A stretch of DNA of 64,000 nt from Eledone cirrhosa (Eukaryota): assembly GCA_964016885.1 (NCBI GenBank), contig OZ024742.1, positions 16,244,001 through 16,308,000 on the forward strand. Reading direction: 5' to 3'. This document shows positions 52,296 through 64,000 of the stretch, one piece after another. Made by a program: the position numbers and the translations under genes. Each line of letters opens with the position of its first letter. The stretch's first letter is position 1. A model generated the notes under the pieces. It was not told the DNA's origin. It did not search any database and saw only the letters and a list, made by a program, of their open reading frames with translations.

Positions 52296-54389
52296 TTACC
52301 GTACTTTTGGTAGAGGAGGGATGGTTTTTACATCCCTTTTCACTTGATCGTCTGGTGAAGGGACCGTTGAATCGTCCCTTCGGCTGGTCGTCGGCTCTTC
52401 TAAGAGAATGTCTGAATATACTCTTCGATTAATGGTTCCTCCTAGGTCCCTGAAATCACCAACTGCGTTGGGGAATTTCGTTTTAATGTTTGTGTATTGT
52501 TTCTGTGCTATTTTTAGCAGTCTTATGTTAGTTGGCGTTTTGATTGGTGCTGGTATTATGTAGTCCTGTTGTGAAATGTCTGTGTGTTCAATTATGTAAG
52601 TCATTAGTTTCTTGTTGTGTGTGTTTATTGCCGTGCATTTGTTTTTCTGGGGGTGGGGTGTGGTTCTGCTATTTTCTTGTCGTTGTTGCTGGGTGTGTGT
52701 GTTTTGTTGTTGTGTTTGCGATGTTGGTGCTTGTGGTGGTGGTGTTGAAGGTGTTGTTGGCGGTGGGGTTGTCGCCGGTGGTGATGGTGGCGCTAGTGTG
52801 GGTGGTGATGGTGTTGGTGTTGTTGCTGCTGTGGGTCTCTTTGCAGTAGACTTTACCATTTTCTCATTTCTTTCCTCCCTTTTCAAAGGCGACGATGCGC
52901 TGCTTCTGCGTTTGTGCCTTCTTACGACCTTTTGCCATCTCTCTCCCACCTCACACTCCATGTCTGATTCTGTGAGGTCGGGGAGGGGTACCAACTCCAC
53001 TCTTTCACTTGTTGTTGTTGGTGATGTTTGCACTGGAGTCTCTGTTGCAGCTGCATTTGGTATTGCTGTTGTTGTTGTTAGTATTTCCACTGCTGCTGCT
53101 GTTTTTGATTTCCGTGGAGTGGGTATGGGGGCCACGGGCCTATCGTTCCTGGTTGCCGCTTGTCCTGTTGCTGGTAGCCGTGGAGCCGGATTCGGAAGGA
53201 GGGGGGTTTTATCCTTTCTCAGGGTCTTCTCGTTGCAGAAGGCCCTGAGGTGAGTCTTCGATCCACAGCGAAAGCATTTCGGGCGTTTGCCCTCAACACT
53301 TATGGGCAGTTGAGTGCCGTTATCGAAGTCTATCACATCCGGGATAGCTTCGATGCACTCCTGGTTGGTTTGGATTAGCATCTCAATGGAGGAGCCGACC
53401 CAATCTTCTCTTACTTTTTTCTGTACTTGCAGTACAGTTGTTTTGTCCTCGATTCCGACGAGGACAGACGCGGCCAGCCAAGAAGGGGTCATTCCGGGGG
53501 GGACGTGGGTCAGTTTGACCCTCACAATTTTTTGCCCACAGTAGGAGGGCACCAACACCATTTCCTCGCTCCTTAGGGTCACTACTGATTGGGCCTTTGC
53601 CTCCTGGGGTGTGGCAAAAAGTACGTCTACGGTGGCATATTTTTTGCCTCGGGTGATGTGCGTTTTCCGCTGCCACACAGACCCCAAGGCTTTTTGTATT
53701 TGGGCCTCTGTGGCTCTTTCCACCCTACGGGATTTTGTACTTACTGTACGGTACGTGACCGTACAGTGCTCTTGGGTTTCGAAAAAATTTTTCGCTGCCT
53801 TGCAGATTGCTCGGTGTCCGTTCTTTGTCACCATCTTCTTCGCTTCCTCTAATTCCTCATTTGTTATGAGGATTGTTTCCAAGTTTTTCGCAATGCCTGC
53901 AAATGAGATTGGTTTTTCTCTGCTGTTGTTGTTGTCGTCAGAGCTGCTGGTACTTTTGTTGCTGCAGGTACTACGACTACTGCCTCCGCCGCTGTTGCTG
54001 TGGTTGTTGTTGGTGTTGCTGCTGCTAATGCTGTTGTTGTTTATGCTGCTGGTGATGCTGTTGCGGCGGCTTCTGTTGTTTTCATTGTCACTGTTGCTGT
54101 TGTTGTTACGGCTGCTACTGCTACTATTCCTGACGTCAGGCGAATGAACTGGGTTTTCGTATTTCCCGCACACCTGTTTCGTCGCTGTCGTCGTCGTTGT
54201 GGAGAAACCTTGCACGCTTTGCACGAGACTTTTCTTTTCTTTCGTCACTTGCGAAAGAGAAGGGAGGGAGAGAGACACATTTAAAGAAGGGAGGGAGAGA
54301 GACAATCTTCTCTCTGCTGTAGTGATGATTGAGGAAGAAGAAGACGGAATGAGTGGGAGTGACGTATGAAATTTCCTTTTCGTAGCCAT
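52296..54389 (-). CDS. LINE ORF1 (gag-like, CCHC zinc knuckle, low-complexity ends; 697 aa)
   Basis: CFRCGSKTHLRAFC; collinear with ORF1 of the other Tx1 copies (EG+RP-C motif). Confidence 0.85.
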   Translation of the reverse strand: MATKRKFHTSLPLIPSSSSSIITTAERRLSLSLPSLNVSLSLPSLSQVTKEKKSLVQSVQGFSTTTTTATKQVCGKYENPVHSPDVRNSSSSSRNNNSNSDNENNRSRRNSITSSINNNSISSSNTNNNHSNSGGGSSRSTCSNKSTSSSDDNNNSREKPISFAGIAKNLETILITNEELEEAKKMVTKNGHRAICKAAKNFFETQEHCTVTYRTVSTKSRRVERATEAQIQKALGSVWQRKTHITRGKKYATVDVLFATPQEAKAQSVVTLRSEEMVLVPSYCGQKIVRVKLTHVPPGMTPSWLAASVLVGIEDKTTVLQVQKKVREDWVGSSIEMLIQTNQECIEAIPDVIDFDNGTQLPISVEGKRPKCFRCGSKTHLRAFCNEKTLRKDKTPLLPNPAPRLPATGQAATRNDRPVAPIPTPRKSKTAAAVEILTTTTAIPNAAATETPVQTSPTTTSERVELVPLPDLTESDMECEVGERWQKVVRRHKRRSSASSPLKREERNEKMVKSTAKRPTAATTPTPSPPTLAPPSPPATTPPPTTPSTPPPQAPTSQTQQQNTHTQQQRQENSRTTPHPQKNKCTAINTHNKKLMTYIIEHTDISQQDYIIPAPIKTPTNIRLLKIAQKQYTNIKTKFPNAVGDFRDLGGTINRRVYSDILLEEPTTSRRDDSTVPSPDDQVKRDVKTIPPLPKVR

Positions 54390-54603
54390 TTTGTTTTTTG
54401 TTTAAAATGAATATTGGGTACAAAACCCCAATAACTGGTTATTTAACCCCGAAGGGCCAAATAACGGACAGAAAGACCCCTCTCACGAGGAGGAGGGTGT
54501 CTTTATCAACAATTCGGTTCAAGTTTTAAACAATTTACAATTGTTTTAACGGTTAAAAATTACTATACCTTACAGAGCCGAGCCTCCGTCAACCATGGCA
54601 TTC

Positions 54604-54639
<36 letters not shown>

Positions 54640-54643
<4 letters not shown>

Positions 54644-55259
54644 GAGCTGCACAATACATACATTGGATAATGTGTAAGCATTTTGACCTGCCCCATCAAA
54701 AGACTTGGTGGGAGCATCAACCACCTCCCATACTTGAAAAAGATCACATCTCAATCTTGTGGAACTTTAGCATCCAAACAGGCCTAAAAATAGATGCAAA
54801 TAGACCTGATATAATACTGAAGGACTTTAAAGAGAGGGTATGCCTGCTAATTGATATGCCCATTCCAATAGACAAGAATGTATCTATAAAAACATTTGAA
54901 AAATTGAGCAAGTATAAGGACTTGGAGATAGAAATTGGAAAAATGTGGAAATTGAGAACTAAAACAATACCAGTGGTTGTAGGCGCTCTAGGAATGATAC
55001 TTAAGGGATCTAATGATTACTTATCGCAAATCCCAGGAAACCCGCGTATAGGAGAAATACAAAAGATAGTACTAATGGGAACTGCACATATACTAAGGAA
55101 GATTCTGTCAATATAAGTACATCACAAGTCTAAACACCTAAAGATGCATGTGTGTGTATGTATGTTCTTTCTTGAACATGGCGGACCTTGTTGTCTCTTG
55201 AGGTCACTGGTTGTGACTTGGTGATAACTCGTATGAACATAAAGCAAGATAAATGCAAC

Positions 55260-55260
<1 letters not shown>
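54640..55260 (+). mobile_element. RLE-type LINE 3' fragment (second R4/Dong-like family)
   Basis: YIHWIMCK..NRPDIIL..LLID..EKLSKYKDL..IPVVVGALG..LMGTAHILRKILSI; (AAT)n on both sides. Confidence 0.8.
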
Positions 55261-55311
<51 letters not shown>

Positions 55312-55513
55312 TTCTTGTAAGGTGTGATTTATTACGGTTCACTAGTCTCGAAAATAATCTTTGTAAGTCCGTTTAGGGATTTCTTACTTTGAATTGTTTT
55401 TCTTCTGCACAGTAATGTGTATCGCACTATAGTGCAGAAGACTTACTTAATATTGAATATAATAGACAGATGTAAACATATCCGCCCCCCCCCCACTGTC
55501 TCTCTCTCCCTCA

Positions 55514-55618
<105 letters not shown>

Positions 55619-56193
55619 TATAAGTTTTAATATAGAAGAGCTTCTACAGGAATAGAACGGTTTCATTCGTGAGAAATGATCAGGGGGCCGGCTGTCCAAG
55701 TAAAATGGTAGTATTTATATCTTTCCTTATCTGGAAGGAGAGGGTGGGGATTGGGATGTGTTAAGGTCATTGGTTGAAGGAATTAAAGAAAAGGGAGTTC
55801 ATTAAAAGCTAATTCTTTAAAGCTATAATATTAACAAAGGCAGTAAGAATACAGTAAGCAAGTTCAAAATTGGAATACCAATTCTAGTTTATCACTTAGG
55901 CTAACAATGCCTGTAAGACAGGTGTCTACAGGATGGGTGGGGTTCAATGGTTTAAAGAAAAGGGAAATTCTTTAGAAGGTAATTCTTAATGGCTGAAATA
56001 AGGGTGACAAAAACAAGTTCAGTATTGGAATAACAATCCTTGTTTATCACTTTTATACTATGCAATGTATTGAGTACTTTACTTACTGTGGTTACCTCCA
56101 ATTCAACCCGGAATAACTTATATATATATATACACACACACACACATGTATATATATATATATATGTTATATATATATATGTTATATATATAT

Positions 56194-56244
<51 letters not shown>

Positions 56245-56264
56245 CTCGATATATATATATATAT

Positions 56265-56318
<54 letters not shown>

Positions 56319-56478
56319 ATATATATTTATATATATATATATAATATATTTATCAATACAATAAACAACAAACGTCTCTCGCTCTCTCTTTATATACACA
56401 CACACACATGTAATATGAAATATATATAATAGAATAAATATGGTTATAATAAATATAGTTTCCATTTAATAATATCAT

Positions 56479-56553
<75 letters not shown>

Positions 56554-56558
56554 CAGTA

Positions 56559-56623
<65 letters not shown>

Positions 56624-57691
56624 CATATATATATACACAGAGGTATCCACTGTAAGTTGTGGGGTCTATTCTGCACGAAGAACTCGATGTAATCCATGTT
56701 GAAAATGTTGTAGGTTAAGATAAATCCCGGAAAGCAATAAAACATTAAAAGGAAACAGAGTCATGATATAAGTTAAAACAATGAAATAAAAAATCAAGTC
56801 ATTTGAGATATACTTCACTGATTCACGATCGTTTCTAGATGAAGATAATACATTGTAGCTATACTCGGTTATTGATCTATATAAGTTTACAAACTATCAG
56901 ATAAAGAGAATATTTACTTACATGCATATCACGAGCTGTTTTCGAAAGCAATAATAATTTTATTTAATAATAATTTTATTCAGAATTAGTTGTATGTTAG
57001 TATCATGTCCTTATTTGGGGATCGTTGAAGAACTAACAAATCAAATTGTTTTTTTCATATGGTGTTAAGATGAAAAGTAATACACTTTAGTTGAGGTCAT
57101 GACCCTTTGAAAGAATTGTTGAAGGGTGTTCATAGTAGAATTGGCATAAAAATCTATTAGGAGGAAGGGGGTTGTCAAACTGATAGTTGAATGTATCTGG
57201 TATAGTGAATTTAAAAGGAATGTCAAAATAAATGGTGATTAGTGTTGTATTGAGTTTTAAGGTGAATATAAATTAAGGTTATGGCTAGGAAAGATAGTAT
57301 ATTAAAAGATGAAAATTATAATAATTTAATGAGATATAGTAATGCGAGAATATACAACTTAACCAACACAATATAGTATGGTGTGGTAAATTGCACTTAG
57401 TATAATATAGCATATTATACGCTCTAAAATACTATCAAGTATGTTTATGCATAAATAATCAAACTCAGATAAATACATGTTGGCATAGTTAAAACACATA
57501 AATTTCATAGTTTACAAAGTGCATATTTCCACACTATATATAGAGAGAGGTACAGTTATATTGATATCCAACCAAAAATATACATACGTACAAATAGATG
57601 CAAACCTAAATACACATTTACACGTATGCATATAATCATATACATACATATCCATACATATCTATATCCACACATACACATCTATATCCAC

Positions 57692-57744
<53 letters not shown>

Positions 57745-57880
57745 CATACATACATATATACATATACATACATATACACACACACATATATACATACATA
57801 TAAAATGAAATAGGATTTCGCTTCAAGCATAGCTTTATACAATATGTCTTCTAGTCCAGCAGTTGCAAGCGGTGGGAGGG

Positions 57881-57924
57881 ACCGTCCTGACGAAGGCCAA
57901 TTAAGCCTGAAATGCATAGACGGT
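57881..57924 (+). ncRNA. Canonical minimal type I hammerhead ribozyme (family E)
   Basis: accgtc CTGACGA aggc-caattaa-gcct GAAA tgca TA gacggt. Stems I and II are perfect; palindrome ATGCAT. Confidence 0.88.
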
Positions 57925-58031
57925 TGTCCCCCTTGCTTCTGCTGGACATCACCAGAGGGCGTTAGCCCCCCGGTGTTTTCATAGCTACGGCTTCCTAAAA
58001 CTGTATTTCTTTGGAGATACAAAATATTTAT

Positions 58032-58085
<54 letters not shown>

Positions 58086-58431
58086 TGGCTGCCAACTCGT
58101 TTTCGAGTACGGCCACTACTTTATATCCATGTAGGAGAACCCCTACCGATGCGCTGAACGAGTGTTACTTTTTAGTCCAGTTAGCGACTTGAAAACTCTG
58201 GTACAAATACTACACCTGTGACAATTATTGACACATAGTGCTGGGCCCATGGTACCATGTGACGACAAATGCAGAGAGATCTCCAGATATAAAGCAATGC
58301 CTGTGCCGTGAAGCTTTTATAGTGAGCAAAGGCACTGCACAAAGCCAGTCCCACTCTCTTAACCAAGATGATATTTACCAAAAAGAAGAACAAGTCAACA
58401 TCATCGGATACCATCAGGGTTGCAGGTGTTA

Positions 58432-58518
<87 letters not shown>

Positions 58519-58520
58519 GT

Positions 58521-58561
<41 letters not shown>

Positions 58562-58673
58562 CATGTGTCAGTCTATGTACACTCCTCTTACATGTGCACA
58601 GACTCATATATAAACACTCATACACCTATACTCACATATACACACACACAAAAACGCACATATATATATATAT

Positions 58674-58752
<79 letters not shown>

Positions 58753-59460
58753 ATATATATATATATATACACACATACACATATACACATACATATACAA
58801 GTATGTATATAGACACATATACACATACATAAATATATATACATATATATATATAAAAATATACACACACATAAATATATTTCCATATCAAACATAGATA
58901 TATATTTACTCATGCAATTACGGGTGGTTGTGTATCTCGTTGCCTTTAGTCATTAACGCATATATCCAAGGAAACTAAAACATTAAAAGGCAAAAATAAG
59001 CATGATTGCATATAATTAGGGGAAAGAGGTACTAATAAATGTTATTCTATACGGAATTATAGTGAGTTGCTGTTTAGAATATTTAATTAGGTTTATAGTA
59101 TTTAAATGTTTTACGTATACGGTGATTACAAACTATGATCAATTAGTTTGTAATCACCGTATACGTAAAACATTTAAATACTATAAACCTAATTAAATAT
59201 TCTAAACAGCAACTCACTATAATTCCGTATAGAGTAACATTTATTAGTACCTCTTTCCCCTAATTATATGCAATCATGCTTATTTTTGCATTTTAATGTT
59301 TTAGTTTCCTTGGATTTATGCGTTAATGACTAAAGGCAACAAGATACACAACCACCCGTAATTGCATGAGTAAATATATATTTATGTGTGTGTATATTTA
59401 TATATATATATATATATATTTATGTATGTGTATATGTGTATATATATATACTTGTATATG

Positions 59461-59555
<95 letters not shown>

Positions 59556-60948
59556 CATACACAGACTCTGAGATTTTTAGAGAACATGCTGAATACTATA
59601 ATAATGCATTAAGGAATGCCGAACACCGGGATACAATAGAATACATTGATAAGAATCTCCATAACACACATAGCTCTAACGAAATCAAGGAATACGTAAC
59701 CGGGTGACTGAAATACAAGCGCACACACGCAGTACCACCAGACATACTAATAATAGAAAATCATCACCAAATAAATCACGTTGTAGAAAGTATATCTGGT
59801 ATAATCCCATTTTTAATGCTTCAATTAGTACAAAACTATCTCTTTCATTCTTTAAGTTAATCAACAAACATTTCCCTAGTTCCCATAAATACAGTAACAT
59901 TCTGAACTCTAAAACTATTAAACTATCATACTCCACGGCACCAAACCTTGAAGCATACATAAAAAAACTTAACTTAATTAAACAACACTACAAAACAAAA
60001 TATTTTAATAACAGATGAGCATAACGTAATATCGGCCTTCCAACCACTAAATGGGAGACAGGTATTACACAACCCACCTGTACTGGTATCACAACCTATC
60101 CATGGCATACCCGCTACCCACAACAAAAACTGTAACTGCCACCTACCTGAAAGATGTCCATTGAAGAATAAATGCCTAAAGTCCAACATTGTTTACCAAT
60201 GCACTGTTGAATCGAACGACCAGAAATGGTATTACATCGGGTCTACCACTACCTCCTTTAAATCTCGCTGGTACCGTCATCGTTTCTCAATTAAACATCC
60301 TGATCACCGTTTTGTGACCACGCTCGCCAACAAGACCTGGCAACTCCGTGAACGCAACCAACAGTTCACCTTGAAATGGGATATACTTTCCAGCGTTAGT
60401 GCATATCGGAGTGGATTGAAGTACTGTAGGTCATGTAACCTTGAACTCTTTTACACCTTAAAATCCAAAAATAAATTTCTTAACGATAGAATCGAACGAT
60501 CATTATACTGCAACCACAAACTGAAATCTAAATTCTCTCACTATAAAATAACTTAACATTCGAACCCATAACTATAACATTGCTTTCTTGCTAACCACTT
60601 TCTCTTCCCCCACACTACAAGACAATACCCAGCTTATCACTATAAATGGAAACTTAGTTCAATTCGCAGATTACTACTATGTACCCAATGTACACCCACT
60701 CCATAGCTTTCGTCTGTCTTCTCTCTATCTCTCCCTCTATATCCATTCCACTCTCTCTCGCCCTAGGTCCACCTCCCTCCCTTTCCACATCTATGAACCT
60801 GTCCTCTGGGGCAACAAATAATCCCAACCTTAACTATCAACGCATCGCTTAAGGTGGTCGCTTTAAGAGTAAACAGTATAATAAAACCCCTACCACAACA
60901 TTTTGATTAAGATATCTACAAACCACTCTCTCCCATTTCTCCAGCCCC

Positions 60949-60999
<51 letters not shown>

Positions 61000-61225
61000 C
61001 TCCCCTTCTTTTCTCTCTTCCTTTTCTACTCTATCTTCCCCAATAACCTCACTTAAGGGTATTTACATTGTACATTTTAACCATTCTGCTCTGATGATAC
61101 AGTGGTCACAGCATTTGATAATCGAGTTTTGCAAATAGTTATAAATTTGCACATAGCATAACTAGGCTGTATAAACACCAGTGTAGTAATTAACCATTAC
61201 TGCATCCAGGATAATCATATACCTA
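59556..61225 (+). mobile_element. 5'-truncated Naiad-like Penelope element (thumb-linker-GIY-YIG + 3'UTR), frameshifted
   Basis: [66 protein letters not shown]. Inserted in (TA)n. Half a hammerhead (CTGATGA at 61091) remains. Confidence 0.9.
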
Positions 61226-61369
61226 ATATATATATGTATATATACATATATATATATATGTGTGTTTGTGTGCTTGTATATGTGAGTATAGGTGCATGAG
61301 TGTTTATATATGAGTATGTGCACATGTAAGAGGAGTGTACATATACTCACACATGTAAATATATGTGTA

Positions 61370-61460
<91 letters not shown>

Positions 61461-61509
61461 ATATGTGTGTGTGTATATGTATGTATATGTATATATGTAT
61501 GTATGTATG

Positions 61510-61544
<35 letters not shown>

Positions 61545-62447
61545 GTATATATGTGGGTATAGATGTGTATGTGTGGATATAGATATGTATGGATATGTAT
61601 GTATATGATTTATATGCATACGTGTAAATGTGTATTTAGGTTTGCATCTATTTGTACGTATGTATATTTTTGGTTGGATATCAATATAACTGTACCTCTC
61701 TCTATATATAGTGTGGAAATATGCACTTTGTAAACTATGAAATTTATGTGTTTTAACTATGCCAACATGTATTTATCTGAGTTTGATTATTTATGCATAA
61801 ACATACTTGATAGTATTTTAGAGCGTATAATATGCTATATTATACTAAGTGCAATTTACCACACCATACTATATTGTGTTGGTTAAGTTGTATATTCTCG
61901 CATTACTATATCTCATTAAATTATTATAATTTTCATCTTTTAATATACTATCTTTCCTAGCCATAACCTTAATTTATATCCACCTTAAAACTCAATACAA
62001 CACTAATCACCATTTATTTTGACATTCCTTTTAAATTCACTATACCAGATACATTCAACTATCAGTTTGACAACCCCCTTCCTCCTAATAGATTTTTATG
62101 CCAATTCTACTATGAACACCCTTCAACAATTCTTTCAAAGGGTCATGACCTCAACTAAAGTGTATTACTTTTCATCTTAACACCATATGAAAAAAACAAT
62201 TTGATTTGTTAGTTCTTCAACGACCCCCCAAATAAGGACATGATACTAACATACTACTAATTCTGAATAAAATTATTATTGCTTTTGAAAACAGCTCGTG
62301 ATATGCATGTAAGTAAATATTCTCTTCATCTGATAGTTTGTAAACTTACATAGATCAATAACTGAGTATAGATACAATGTATTATCATCATCTAGAAACG
62401 ATCGTAAAGCAGTGAAGTACATCTCTAATGACTTGATTTTTATTTTA

Positions 62448-62449
62448 GC

Positions 62450-62490
<41 letters not shown>

Positions 62491-62611
62491 CGACGACGAC
62501 GACGATGACACCAATAACAACAGCAGCAACAACATTAACAATAACAACAACAATAACAACAACAGCTACAACAACAACAACAATAACAACAACAACAGCT
62601 ACAACAGCAGC

Positions 62612-62647
<36 letters not shown>

Positions 62648-62900
62648 AACAACAACAGCTACAACAGCAACAACAGCAACAACAACAACAACAACGACAA
62701 CAATAACAACAACAACAGCTACAACAGTAGCAACAACAACAACGACAACAATAACAACAACAACAGCTACAACAGCAGCAACAACAACAACAACAATAAC
62801 AACAACAGCAGCAGCAGCAACAACAACAACAAGAACAAAATCAATAATAACAACAATAATGACAACAACAACCACAACAATGACAAAAAAAACAACAACA
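62448..62900. repeat. Degenerate (AAC)n trinucleotide array
   Basis: Directly visible, with ~33-bp higher-order units (caataacaacaacagcta). Confidence 0.9.
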
Positions 62901-63289
62901 AAGGTGTACTGTCAACACCAACAATTGAATCACTGTATTCTCGGGTCTCGAACCCCTCCGCCGTTATTAAATCCCCCCCCCCCTTCTTATTAAATTGTGT
63001 TAATGTATCTCCGGCGAAATATTATTTTAAGTGGTAGCGTTCCTGCGACAATTAATTTTTCTTATACATTAAATTTAAAAAAAACCCATACATGACAAAA
63101 AAGTACATTACTAGAAATACCATGTTATAAAATAAATAGAATGGGTTGGGGGGGGGGGTCTCAATATGTAAACTAAAAGACTAATTCTGGTTTTTCAATC
63201 ATCTCTTGACGCCGCATGTGAGAAGGAGCTATATAAGGCTAGGCAGCCACTGAGTAAGTGTAGATTTCAGTGTGCCAGATACGATTCTC

Positions 63290-63327
<38 letters not shown>

Positions 63328-64000
63328 TCCTAGTCATTGCATGAAGGTGAATATTGTTTCAACAAATATTTTGACATTAATACTTCGTAAAGGAATTATT
63401 GCACCCAATCTATTCCACACATTTGAGATATTTGATTTAAATGATGGAAAGAAATTGTTTAATGAAGAGTAAAAGCCAAAATTCGAAAGAGAAATCCAAC
63501 AAAAAAATCATATAAAGAGAATCACCAACCATAATAATAGAGAATGTGTGTATATATATATTTGTCCGTCACGCACTGAAGGGAGATGACCGAGGAAGGA
63601 AAAACAGTGACCAGCGTTCTAAGATACGTTACACTTAGGTGACTATATGTGTAGCGAATTGGCTAGTATTATTGCGTGAGTGTTTGTGTGAGCGTATGTG
63701 CGTGAGTATATGTGTGTTTGTGTGTATAGATTTATATATGTGTGAGTGTATGTTTGTGTGTTTATATTTATATACTCATACATATGAATGTATACATAAG
63801 CACACAAAGATATCATCTTGGTTATCTAGTTAGTTGCGGATAGTTTTTTTCACAAAAGCTTTGTAATAAAAGAATTATTAAACTAAAAACTTGGTTTTGT
63901 ACCCTTTTTATATATAAAATACTACAATTAACCGTCACTTTTGAGGGCACGTGACCAGTTATTTTATATAATAAATAATCTGCTGTTTTTAACGATAAAT

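Larger units (their letters stand above)
48578..54602 (-). mobile_element. Full-length Tx1-clade LINE with two intact ORFs
   Basis: 5'UTR, ORF1, 35-bp spacer, ORF2, and a 3' end cccttgtggttaataaaga; (AAT)n on both sides. Confidence 0.92.
56780..62447. repeat. Large interrupted palindrome centred at ~59140
   Basis: 56780-57800 and 58555-59135 are reverse complements of 59144-59520 and 61230-62447. Each arm carries a private insertion. Confidence 0.85.

Noticed and set aside
52544-54284. Long plus-strand ORFs
   Set aside because: Antisense shadows of low-complexity Tx1 ORF1.
59556-60556. Selenocysteine recoding as reported for some Naiad PLEs
   Set aside because: Conserved Cys positions use TGT/TGC. 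The TGA codons at 59705 and 60016 coincide with frameshifts, not Cys sites.
62276-62993. Poly-Thr mucin-like and poly-Val ORFs
   Set aside because: They come from an (AAC)n array with no signal peptide or exon context, and the ORF start lies in a repeat arm.

Overview
AT-rich, microsatellite-saturated eukaryotic DNA with no host gene I can recognise. The SINE types and repeat load suggest a cephalopod (octopus-like) genome; this is inference. The window is almost entirely retroelements: (i) Penelope-like (PLE; RT-thumb + GIY-YIG, Naiad-like) fragments; (ii) five Tx1/L1-clade LINE copies, one with two intact ORFs; (iii) R4/Dong-like RLE LINE copies in (AAT)n; (iv) tRNA-derived SINEs and an RTE relic. 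The most striking unannotated signal is about 22 type-I hammerhead-ribozyme folds, plus decayed ones, all read by eye. They belong to several unrelated non-coding 0.2-0.7 kb element families that sit in (TA)n tracts. These elements occur as partial tandems with circularly permuted ends. They repeatedly form head-to-head foldbacks, with ribozyme-sense 3' ends pointing outward. This looks like a retrozyme-like or non-autonomous PLE system. Ribozyme activity and mechanism are untested inferences, and element boundaries are approximate.
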